From the IMG/VR virus record IMGVR_UViG_3300020450_001021, positions 20,641-84,640 of that record: a DNA stretch of 64,000 nt; one strand, 5' to 3'. Positions 9,920 through 17,644 of the stretch are shown here, one piece after another (position 1 is the stretch's first letter; every line of letters starts with the position of its first letter). This stretch comes from a virus. The position numbers and the translations under genes are program-made. The notes below the pieces were generated by a model that was given only the letters and a program-made list of their open reading frames with translations, was not told the origin of the DNA and made no database searches.

Positions 9920-10253
9920 CTGTCTCTTCAATGTTGTGTTTTGCCATGTAATCTGTTTTGATCTTATCAACAGGTTCGTATATTGTTACTACCCAATCAG
10001 ATGGTATAACAAATTCTTGCTGTTGAGACATTGGTGCCCAATGTGTATATGAAACTTGGAATTTTGTTTTAGGTGTGGGATCTTGACCCTCAACTAATAA
10101 TTCTGCTTCTTCAACTTCTTTTGTTTGAAGTTGCATTACATATGGATTCTTAAGATGATATGCAATAATGCCTTTATTATCTTTATCAATAATTTCTTGT
10201 GCATCACTGATGACATCTTCTCCAGATTTCATCAAAATAACTTTAACGGTCAT
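9891..10253 (-). CDS. Sm-like hypothetical protein (paralogue A)
   Basis: MTVKVILMKSGEDVISD...W.P...DWVVTIYEP. Confidence 0.65.
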   Translation of the reverse strand: MTVKVILMKSGEDVISDAQEIIDKDNKGIIAYHLKNPYVMQLQTKEVEEAELLVEGQDPTPKTKFQVSYTHWAPMSQQQEFVIPSDWVVTIYEPVDKIKTDYMAKHNIEETDGNSKTPTT

Positions 10254-10960
10254 AGCGATAAATTACGATCCTCTATTGTTCTAATGTATTTGGATAATTT
10301 GTCGAGGTATCCACGGTTTCTTAACTCTTTAAACACTAGGTTTTCCAGAGCAAACTCTCCACCTCTTTGAATTGCAGATCCTCTCATAGTTCTAATCTTC
10401 TCTTTGAGTTTGTTTAGAACAGTGATGTCATCTGCTTGAGTATCTATTAGATCATCAATCCTCTCCATCATATCACGAACTTTCTGTTTTAGCAAGGGGT
10501 CGGAAAAGTCCACGTATTGTTTACGTGGTTCTTGTATCCACCAATTGTTAAGAACTGAGTAAGTGCCTTGATTTCTAGGAGTTGGATCACTGATATCTTG
10601 TGCATATAGTTCTACTGGTTGACCATAGAGTGTTACATCATGTGTTAATGCCCACAATCTTTTTTTATCTCTAAGGAAATCATCTAAGAAATCTGTTTGA
10701 CAAGCAGCTATCTCATCCTTATCTACCACCAAATGCAGGTCTAGATCAGAATATTCTGTATAATTATAGTTGGCATTACCACCCACTAGAATTATATCTT
10801 GTATTGCATTTTGGGGGATCTTAGCAAACTCTGCCCAGATGTATCCTATTTCGAGTAGTTTATCTCGAACTTCAGTTCTCAATGTAAGTCCGTCCCAGAA
10901 CTTTACATTGAGATCCTCATGATACATTAGGGTTAACCTAAGATCTTGAAAGGACTTCAC
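10250..10960 (-). CDS. Pol-beta superfamily nucleotidyltransferase
   Basis: LVGGNA-x7-SDLDLH motif plus a third acidic residue in VELY; GTG start; ATAAATA at 10982-10988. Confidence 0.8.
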   Translation of the reverse strand: MKSFQDLRLTLMYHEDLNVKFWDGLTLRTEVRDKLLEIGYIWAEFAKIPQNAIQDIILVGGNANYNYTEYSDLDLHLVVDKDEIAACQTDFLDDFLRDKKRLWALTHDVTLYGQPVELYAQDISDPTPRNQGTYSVLNNWWIQEPRKQYVDFSDPLLKQKVRDMMERIDDLIDTQADDITVLNKLKEKIRTMRGSAIQRGGEFALENLVFKELRNRGYLDKLSKYIRTIEDRNLSL

Positions 10961-10976
10961 GGAAGTAAATTACTTT

Positions 10977-11363
10977 TTAGTTATTTATCGTGTCCGTAAT
11001 GCTAAGGTTAGGTTCAGTAACCTCATCACCACCAAATACTGCCTTACCTTCTTCAGATGGTTTCATAGTTTGACCATATGCTTCCAGTACAGCAAGAATA
11101 GGTTCTACTATTGATACGACCCAATCTGGATTGACAGCAATCTCTTCATCTATAGTAAGAGGTTGCCATCGTTCAAGGAGAATCCTACCATTGTATATTT
11201 GATTTCTCTCAGGAACATCAGGTACTAGTTCTTTTTCGATCTTTACCTGATATGCATGAGTGAAGATGAATGCTTGTCTAGTTTTGGTTTCTTTTTCTTG
11301 AACCTCTTGGACATCAGCAATGATATCTTCACCTGATTTTAATTTAACAACTTTAATAGTCAT
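10977..11363 (-). CDS. Sm-like hypothetical protein (paralogue B)
   Basis: MTIKVVKLKSGEDIIAD...W.P...DWVVSIVEP; CTAAATA at 11385-11391. Confidence 0.65.
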   Translation of the reverse strand: MTIKVVKLKSGEDIIADVQEVQEKETKTRQAFIFTHAYQVKIEKELVPDVPERNQIYNGRILLERWQPLTIDEEIAVNPDWVVSIVEPILAVLEAYGQTMKPSEEGKAVFGGDEVTEPNLSITDTINN

Positions 11364-11387
11364 AATATAATGTTACAGACACTCTAT

Positions 11388-11819
11388 TTAGATGTAATCT
11401 TTTCGTTGATGATGCTCAGGTATTACCTTACCTAATTCAATAGTAAGTAATCCATCCTCTAAAGATACTGATCTAATTTCAGTATCATCAGCAAGTGTCC
11501 AAGATCTATTAAAATCTCTTTGTGCTAATCCTTGATGAAAATATTCATTATTTGTATCTTTATTTACTTTCTTTCCTTCTACGTATAGTTTACCATGTTC
11601 TGTATAAACATTAACTTCATCTTTTTTAAATCCTGCCAATGCTACTTCTAATCTAGATTCATGATTGTTTAATTGAATAAGATTATATGGAGGGTAGTTG
11701 TTTGTAGTAGGAAATTGCCAGAAATTTTCTAAGTAATTATCGAATCCTATACTGTTCTTTGTAATCTTTTCCATTAATTCTGGAAGATCTGAAACAGTGT
11801 ATCTTTGAATGTTAGACAT
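11388..11819 (-). CDS. hsp20: small heat-shock protein Hsp20
   Basis: NYPPYN, LEVALAGF, HQGLAQRDFNRSW, LEDGLLTI (IbpA-like); AAGGAG RBS. Confidence 0.93.
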   Translation of the reverse strand: MSNIQRYTVSDLPELMEKITKNSIGFDNYLENFWQFPTTNNYPPYNLIQLNNHESRLEVALAGFKKDEVNVYTEHGKLYVEGKKVNKDTNNEYFHQGLAQRDFNRSWTLADDTEIRSVSLEDGLLTIELGKVIPEHHQRKDYI

Positions 11820-11850
11820 AATTCTCCTTTAAAAGCGAGTGTAACGTTTT

Positions 11851-11881
11851 GTGATCCCCGAAGGCAATCACTGTTATTTAT
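11851..11881 (-). promoter_or_regulatory. late promoter plus 5' C(UUCG)G hairpin of the hsp20 leader
   Basis: ATAAATA (11875-11881) directly followed by GTGATTGCC-TTCG-GGGATCAC. Confidence 0.65.
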
Positions 11882-11954
11882 TTGGGTGTCTATACTTTAC
11901 CCGAACACTATGGGTGGTACTATCCGTATTAATACCTTTTTAATCCTTTTATGA

Positions 11955-11962
11955 TATAAATA
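11955..11962 (+). promoter_or_regulatory. late promoter TATAAATA for the + strand genes
   Basis: Exact motif 21 nt before the ATG at 11984. Confidence 0.75.
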
Positions 11963-11983
11963 AAACAAGAAACATTTGTTAAC

Positions 11984-12481
11984 ATGATCAAAAAAGTATT
12001 GTTACTTGGTATGTTTTTGATGATATCTCCTGCATCAGCAGAGATAGTACATAAAATGAGTTCTAGTGTACAATTGACAGTAGATTCAGCCGCAAGTCAG
12101 GCTACTCGCTTAGGATCAAGTTATACCGTTAGTGGAAATAATTTGAAAGTAAGTGATGGTGGATCTTTTGGTGGACTAGGAACGTTAACCTCAGGTACAG
12201 CAGTTGGTTATACACCGTCAGCTATGGAAGTAAACACTGTAGGCTCAGCATTTAGCTACTCGGAAACCTATATTGAAGGGGACGATGTAACTTCATCTTC
12301 TACCGTATCAGGAGGAGTCGTTGCTGCATTACCATTACTTGGTAGTACAACTACAACATCTGGAGGAGTAGCAGGTACACTAGCTGGTACTATCACATCT
12401 GCTGGTGTGACTACGATTACAGGTGGAGGAGCTGGTACATCAGCTACTGGACAATTTGTGTCTGAATTGACAATAAAATGA
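11984..12481 (+). CDS. secreted Gly/Ser/Thr-rich beta protein
   Basis: Sec signal peptide MIKKVLLLGMFLMISPASA|E (A-x-A); mature part has no Cys and ends in a beta strand, FVSELTIK. Confidence 0.7.
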   Translation: MIKKVLLLGMFLMISPASAEIVHKMSSSVQLTVDSAASQATRLGSSYTVSGNNLKVSDGGSFGGLGTLTSGTAVGYTPSAMEVNTVGSAFSYSETYIEGDDVTSSSTVSGGVVAALPLLGSTTTTSGGVAGTLAGTITSAGVTTITGGGAGTSATGQFVSELTIK

Positions 12482-12532
12482 TAAATGACTTTCTTGACAA
12501 CTTGGCAGCACATCAATACCAAAAAATCAACC

Positions 12533-12982
12533 ATGAGCAAGATGAAACTTGCTATGGTTGTGGTTGCGAGTGCCCTTGTGAATGTCCCGACTGTGATGTC
12601 TGTTCCTGTTGTGCCTAATTTTACACAAGGCAGTATGAATAGTCACACAGAGACCACCAGTACTATAACTGAGACGATAAATAGCATGGATTATTCGACA
12701 GGTTTTACCTATTCGATTTCTGGGCACGGTATCCAAGTTAAAGAAGATGGTGCATTGACACCATCTGATACTACAAGTGCAACTAATACTATAAACGGTG
12801 TGAATTCACAATGGACAAATTTAGATTTGACAACAAAACCAGAAATACATTTATCTACACCTGGAGGAAGTTTTTCCGTAGTAGAAAGTTATTCTGGAGC
12901 TGGGTTGAGGAACCATACAGTAATACAAAGAACAACAACTATAACAAGCGTAACAGACACAACAAGTATATTTCAACAATAA
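12533..12982 (+). CDS. secreted Thr-rich beta protein
   Basis: Signal-like MSKMKLAMVVVASALVNVPTVMS then VPVVPNFTQGS; start could be 12485, 12533 or 12542. Confidence 0.7.
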   Translation: MSKMKLAMVVVASALVNVPTVMSVPVVPNFTQGSMNSHTETTSTITETINSMDYSTGFTYSISGHGIQVKEDGALTPSDTTSATNTINGVNSQWTNLDLTTKPEIHLSTPGGSFSVVESYSGAGLRNHTVIQRTTTITSVTDTTSIFQQ

Positions 12983-13812
12983 CAATATTAACAACAAGTT
13001 TGTGTGCTAATTCCATACCATTACGTGCAGAGACGGTGGGAGGAGTTAGTGCAACAGCATCGCCAATAGCAAACAGTTCTGGAAGTGTCACAAACCAAGC
13101 TATACAGGTGCTTCAAGGACCGTATATAACTAATACTTATGGTGGTGGTATACAATGCCAAGGACCTACCATGAATGTAACACCGTTTGTAACAGGAGGA
13201 GTAACATTCAAAAAACCATTTGAACGATACTATGATGATCCCGTTTATAATGTGCATGATGCTGATGATGACGGGCAGATTGACAATCCTGGTGAAATTT
13301 TATATTTTGTACCTACTAGAACTGGACAGACAGATAACTATAATTTATCGTTAGGTGTATCTGCTACATGGTCTAAACCATTAGATCCAGAACTACAAGA
13401 ACTATGTAAAAATGCTGCAAATATACAAATGGCAGCAGTTCAACAGAACACCGCCAATAAACGCCTTGACTTTGAAATAGCCAGATTAAAAAATTGTGGA
13501 GAATTGATGAAAGCTGGTATAATTTTTAAACCAAATACTAAGTACGCCAAGGTATGTGAGGATGTTATGCTTACAAATCCTCCAGGTGTAGTAGCAGAGC
13601 ACACACACGTATTATCTAACGTGGTTTCAAAGGAGGAAGACCTTTCTTCTTCCGATACTCATTCATACGAACAAGATCACGAGAAGGACGTTGAGGGGTC
13701 TTCCCGACGCTGGTTTGAATTTTGGAAATCATCTTCTTCACAGCAGGTTTTACTACCCTCAAAATCAAATCAGCAAGGGGCTTCGCTAATAAAGCCGATG
13801 TCGCTGCCGTAG
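12811..13812 (+). CDS. exported protein with beta-hairpin, DxDxDG loop and Cys-containing helical region; start uncertain
   Basis: Signal-like NKYISTITILTTSLCANSIPLRA|E, DADDDGQID loop, YNLSLGVSATWSKPLD strand, four Cys in the mature part; last ~65 codons overlap the convergent gene. Confidence 0.65.
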   Translation: MDKFRFDNKTRNTFIYTWRKFFRSRKLFWSWVEEPYSNTKNNNYNKRNRHNKYISTITILTTSLCANSIPLRAETVGGVSATASPIANSSGSVTNQAIQVLQGPYITNTYGGGIQCQGPTMNVTPFVTGGVTFKKPFERYYDDPVYNVHDADDDGQIDNPGEILYFVPTRTGQTDNYNLSLGVSATWSKPLDPELQELCKNAANIQMAAVQQNTANKRLDFEIARLKNCGELMKAGIIFKPNTKYAKVCEDVMLTNPPGVVAEHTHVLSNVVSKEEDLSSSDTHSYEQDHEKDVEGSSRRWFEFWKSSSSQQVLLPSKSNQQGASLIKPMSLP

Positions 13813-14371
13813 CAGCTATTACTGCTGTAGTTGATGCTACCTGAGTGCTTGGTAGATACTGTTCAACTGGTGGTATGTCAGTATATAATGTCACACAAAT
13901 TTTTGCTCCACCAGGATTTTGAGGATTAATTCTTAACTCATGTCCTGATACTTTTTCTTTTTGGTTTGTTGCTATATCTCCTACTCTTAATGCATTAGGT
14001 CCTGGACATGGTGGATCTCCCTCTACCTTAGGTGTCTCAGGAACTTTTGTTTCTGGTACTGATGGTGGTGCTACCACTGGTAATTGTTGACTCTGTGTTA
14101 TTAACAGTTGCTCAGGTTCATAGTTCATAGCATTAAAACTAGGAACACCTGCATCACAAAATGTTCTAACAGTGCTTGAGTCGTCTTTAATTATCTTATT
14201 ATTTCTATCACTAAACTCATGTGCTTCTACACAACCAGGTACATTTACAATAGGTGTACCAATCTCTACAGTAACTGGTTGATATGGTACAAAAGCATGA
14301 GGAGTAGGGAACGTGTATACATTGACATCACGAACCCTAATATTGTTTATTCCTATCCCACTAATAGGCAC
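13616..14371 (-). CDS. Pro-rich protein with four Cys and a C-terminal hydrophobic anchor
   Basis: GTG start overlapping the previous stop; VASTTAVIAATAATSALLA followed by a basic tail. Confidence 0.65.
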   Translation of the reverse strand: MPISGIGINNIRVRDVNVYTFPTPHAFVPYQPVTVEIGTPIVNVPGCVEAHEFSDRNNKIIKDDSSTVRTFCDAGVPSFNAMNYEPEQLLITQSQQLPVVAPPSVPETKVPETPKVEGDPPCPGPNALRVGDIATNQKEKVSGHELRINPQNPGGAKICVTLYTDIPPVEQYLPSTQVASTTAVIAATAATSALLAKPLADLILRVVKPAVKKMISKIQTSVGKTPQRPSRDLVRMNEYRKKKGLPPLKPR

Positions 14372-14580
14372 TAGAAAGAAGGAATTTCAAGACCCTTATC
14401 AGGTTCTATTGATGGTGATGGTAGTGATGGCATCACTCCACTTCCAATAGAACCCAGTGCTTTCTCTTTAATAGATTCTATGATTGCATCCTTACGTACA
14501 TAAACGTAACCAGCAGTGCCAACAACGGTAAGAGATACAACAGCAGACGTAATAGCGAGTACATTAATTAATTTTTGCAT
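14371..14580 (-). CDS. small single-TM protein with Pro-rich tail
   Basis: MQKLINVLAITSAVVSLTVVGTAGYVYV-RK; probable start 14580. Confidence 0.65.
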   Translation of the reverse strand: MQKLINVLAITSAVVSLTVVGTAGYVYVRKDAIIESIKEKALGSIGSGVMPSLPSPSIEPDKGLEIPSF

Positions 14581-14584
14581 GATT

Positions 14585-14980
14585 TTACTTTGAATCAGGG
14601 ACAATTTTGACAGGACCTTGTTCGATCCTTATGGTTTGTGCAGGTGCAGTTTCAGATGCTTTAGCAATAAGAAACTCCATATCTTTTTTAGATATGTTAG
14701 CACTACTGTCTGCACCATTCTTTTTCTTACCTCCAGCGGACACACCAAAGGTAGCTAAAGTTCCTGTAAAAACTGAAGCTATGAAAGTTGGATCAATTCT
14801 CTCTCCTCTCTCGTAACCTGGTATTTTAACGTAGTTCAAAGTTAAAATTCCTGCGGACCACACAAGGACTATCACTCTTATGAGTGTTGCTAGGTATTGA
14901 AGTTGCTCTTCTTTATCGTCAACTTTCTCTTTAATTTTACTAAAGAGACCTTTACTTTCCTCCTTCTTTATTTCTGCCAT
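14585..14980 (-). CDS. two-TM membrane protein
   Basis: Hydrophobic segments YLATLIRVIVLVWSAGILTLNYV and IDPTFIASVFTGTLATFGV; charged termini. Confidence 0.7.
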   Translation of the reverse strand: MAEIKKEESKGLFSKIKEKVDDKEEQLQYLATLIRVIVLVWSAGILTLNYVKIPGYERGERIDPTFIASVFTGTLATFGVSAGGKKKNGADSSANISKKDMEFLIAKASETAPAQTIRIEQGPVKIVPDSK

Positions 14981-14999
14981 GGTACATTAATATCTGTAT

Positions 15000-15007
15000 T
15001 ATTTATA
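15000..15007 (-). promoter_or_regulatory. late promoter TATAAATA
   Basis: Exact motif overlapping the regA stop, 20 nt upstream of the ATG at 14980. Confidence 0.75.
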
Positions 15008-15434
15008 CAGTTGCTGTTGCTGTTTTCTTTTTACCTATATTATATTTTGATTCTAATTCCCATTCACCTTTCTCTTTATAGGCGAGGACTTTAATTTGAT
15101 TTAATGGAGCAATATCTACAATTACATCATCTTTAACTAATGTAACTAAACCCCAATCTGATAGTAACTGAGCAATCCTATTACGACGTTGAACATCATT
15201 CTGTGTCAGGTTTGCTGTCTTACCATCAAGAGCAAATAATTCTTTAAAATGTACTATGTAATATCTACCTTGCTTGTGTAGTATATGACAAGATTGATAT
15301 AATTTCTTTTCTTTGCGAGAAGCAACACCTATCCTAGATAATGTTTCTCTTACTTTTAGAAAGTCATCTGGTTGAGAAAGTTTCACCTCCACCATACTAT
15401 CACGAGTCCACTGAACTTCAGCTACTTGGGACAT
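15003..15434 (-). CDS. regA: translational repressor RegA
   Basis: DDFLKVRETLSRIG, LYQSCHILHKQGRYYIVHFKELF; GGAGG RBS before the ATG at 15434; follows g62. Confidence 0.96.
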   Translation of the reverse strand: MSQVAEVQWTRDSMVEVKLSQPDDFLKVRETLSRIGVASRKEKKLYQSCHILHKQGRYYIVHFKELFALDGKTANLTQNDVQRRNRIAQLLSDWGLVTLVKDDVIVDIAPLNQIKVLAYKEKGEWELESKYNIGKKKTATATV

Positions 15435-15825
15435 TTTTTCCTCCACGGTTTAATTTCGATTTCAAGTGATCAAGTTGATCTTTATTTAGGATTTTAAGGA
15501 TTGCTTGTGCTTTCTCAGTACTATAGTTATAGTAACTTTTGATTGTCTCCAGATCCTCTAACTTCACTTTCTTCTCCCAAGGAGAAAAACGCTTTCTTTT
15601 CCTAACCGTATTTATATAAAAATCGTATTGAAGTTTGTTTGGAAGGTCATAATATATGTTCATCTCATTTGCCAGTAATACTGTATCATAATGAGATGCC
15701 ATGCATTTAGTGATTACCCATGCAGGATATTCCTTTTCCCAACTGGGATCTTCACTATCTAATAGGTTTTGCTTTGTCTCGTTGATGCTCTTCAAATAGT
15801 CCGCTAAGGGATGCCTGTTGTTCAT
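15418..15825 (-). CDS. 62: clamp loader small subunit gp62
   Basis: YLKSIN..K, ANEMN, LQYDFYIN.VRKRKRFSPW; upstream of regA. Confidence 0.92.
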   Translation of the reverse strand: MNNRHPLADYLKSINETKQNLLDSEDPSWEKEYPAWVITKCMASHYDTVLLANEMNIYYDLPNKLQYDFYINTVRKRKRFSPWEKKVKLEDLETIKSYYNYSTEKAQAILKILNKDQLDHLKSKLNRGGKNVPSS

Positions 15826-16621
15826 AATTTAATAAGAGAAGTTCTTTACGTTTCTTTTGGTTTGCTGTATAATTTCCAGTTGATCTCATAGTATAGGTTA
15901 GATCCCAATCCTTCTGATACCAATTTGGAAATCTTTCTTTTATATACAAATCTGAATTATATGTTATCATGCATTTTTGTTCCGATGCACATGCTTGAGC
16001 AGTAAACCATTCATGATCAAATGATTTATGCATATCACCTTTATTACCATACAAGTTATCTTTAATTGCATATGGTGGATCTAGAAATACAAAATCGTCT
16101 TTACCATAAAGCATTTCTTCATAGGAATGGTTAGTAATTCTCCATCCTCTAATCAATTCACCAAGAGCAGGTAGTTTATCTATGCCCCTAAAGGTAAAGT
16201 TCTGCCTAGATGCTTGCTTACTAAATGAACTATTAGCAGTTAGACCACTAAAAGAACATTTATTTGCCACATAGAAATTAAATCCTGATTCGTATATATC
16301 ATTGTTTAATTTATCTTTAGCATTATCAAATGCTATTCTATGTGCATCGTCGCTTTCACCGAGTTCTGTCTTTAATTCCCTTAGATCATCACATAACTGC
16401 TGTCCATGGTCTCTGAGCGTCATCCAGAAGGCATACAGAGGGTAATAGAGATCGTTTACCCATATATCTGTATTAGGATAAGTTTGAGTGACATACAATG
16501 CCATAGAACCACCACCTAAAAATGGTTCTCTATATCTTTCTATCTTAGGTAAGTGCTTTGACAAGAACTTAATTGCTCTTGATTTTCCACCAGGATATCT
16601 TAGAGGTGTAGTATACTTCAT
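15755..16621 (-). CDS. dam: DNA adenine methyltransferase (D12/Dam class)
   Basis: LRYPGGKS, EPFLGGGS, VNDL, FLDPPY; ATG at 16621 overlaps the upstream TGA. Confidence 0.9.
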   Translation of the reverse strand: MKYTTPLRYPGGKSRAIKFLSKHLPKIERYREPFLGGGSMALYVTQTYPNTDIWVNDLYYPLYAFWMTLRDHGQQLCDDLRELKTELGESDDAHRIAFDNAKDKLNNDIYESGFNFYVANKCSFSGLTANSSFSKQASRQNFTFRGIDKLPALGELIRGWRITNHSYEEMLYGKDDFVFLDPPYAIKDNLYGNKGDMHKSFDHEWFTAQACASEQKCMITYNSDLYIKERFPNWYQKDWDLTYTMRSTGNYTANQKKRKELLLLNYEQQASLSGLFEEHQRDKAKPIR

Positions 16622-16779
16622 TGCCAACAACCTCGGTCTTGTTTTGGATAGTAAACTTCTACATATGAATCACATCGAGGACAGTGTAGATTTGTCACAA
16701 AAGAATATTCCTCTGTAATATCTCTACAGTCATTGTCTCCACCCCAAATGAGTTCTGTATCACAGTGCCAACATTTCAT
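16618..16779 (-). CDS. 53-aa zinc-ribbon micro-protein (not in ORF track)
   Basis: Hand-translated MKCWHCDTELIWGGDNDCRDITEEYSFVTNLHCPRCDSYVEVYYPKQDRGCWQ; two CxxC; ATGA overlaps at both ends. Confidence 0.8.
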   Translation of the reverse strand: MKCWHCDTELIWGGDNDCRDITEEYSFVTNLHCPRCDSYVEVYYPKQDRGCWQ

Positions 16780-17015
16780 TGTAGTATAGGCATATTACTA
16801 TAAGGACTTTCATCTCTTGGGATAAAAGATTCAGTAAGAGTTTCTACAAGTAAATTTATATCAGCAGAGATAGCATCGTTTGTATCTGCCATCCTACGAT
16901 AACCAGAACCAACATAGATCTGACCTACAAATACAGATACAGTTGCTGCACCCCAGAACAAATAATAAAATCTGGATTTTACTTGTGCTCTCAGTTTTTC
17001 ACGTTTATTTGTCAT
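16776..17015 (-). CDS. small single-TM hypothetical protein
   Basis: Basic N-terminus then FYYLFWGAATVSVFVGQIYVG; ATGA-coupled. Confidence 0.65.
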   Translation of the reverse strand: MTNKREKLRAQVKSRFYYLFWGAATVSVFVGQIYVGSGYRRMADTNDAISADINLLVETLTESFIPRDESPYSNMPILQ

Positions 17016-17644
17016 AATAAAAATTTTGATTTAGTTTTACTTGTTGATGCTAATGTGTTTATTAACTCATCCCATTTATCTGCCTGTACATATGAAAAAC
17101 CAATAGTGGTTCTTAATTTGTCAGTTGAATTATTAGGAGAAGCACCTCTGTGTTGCCAATTAGAAGGAATTAAAACTCCTCTATTAGGTAGATATGAGTA
17201 ACGATAATACTTATCATTATTATAACATATAAATTCTCCACCCCATTCTTGATTCCATTCCATATTGGTAAAAAGAACAAAAGTCCATACCCAATCTTGT
17301 ATAAAATCTTTATGAAAGGTAGAGATTTGACCAAAGGTTTGACCATTTACATGAATCTTACATAATCTAATATCTTTCTTGATATGCTTTTGTATCTTCA
17401 TCTTAATGATAGTAGCAGCTTCTAAGAACTGTTGCTTATCATGTTCCCATTTCATTCCCCAACAAAGATTGTCTTTATATGTGACTCTACTTTTTTCAGG
17501 TCCTACCCACATAGTAGGTGGTTTACTGTCAAGAGAATATGATGAATTACATAGTGCCCATTCACCATAATACATCTCATCATCTAATCCAAAGAAACAA
17601 GATAATGGAAGTACTTCATCATTATAATAAATTGGTACATTCAT
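17012..17644 (-). CDS. 2OG-Fe(II) oxygenase
   Basis: NGQT...FHKD, W..EWGGEF, QHRG...R motifs. Confidence 0.82.
   Translation of the reverse strand: MNVPIYYNDEVLPLSCFFGLDDEMYYGEWALCNSSYSLDSKPPTMWVGPEKSRVTYKDNLCWGMKWEHDKQQFLEAATIIKMKIQKHIKKDIRLCKIHVNGQTFGQISTFHKDFIQDWVWTFVLFTNMEWNQEWGGEFICYNNDKYYRYSYLPNRGVLIPSNWQHRGASPNNSTDKLRTTIGFSYVQADKWDELINTLASTSKTKSKFLL

Noticed and set aside
14585-14980. Firm holin call for the two-TM protein, and spanin calls for its neighbours
   Set aside because: Topology fits, but there is no adjacent endolysin, no convincing lipobox and no recognised family motif; kept only as one hypothesis
15755-15825. 71-nt dam/g62 overlap as a special signal
   Set aside because: The Dam fold ends near ELLLLNY, and the rest looks like neutral run-on into g62
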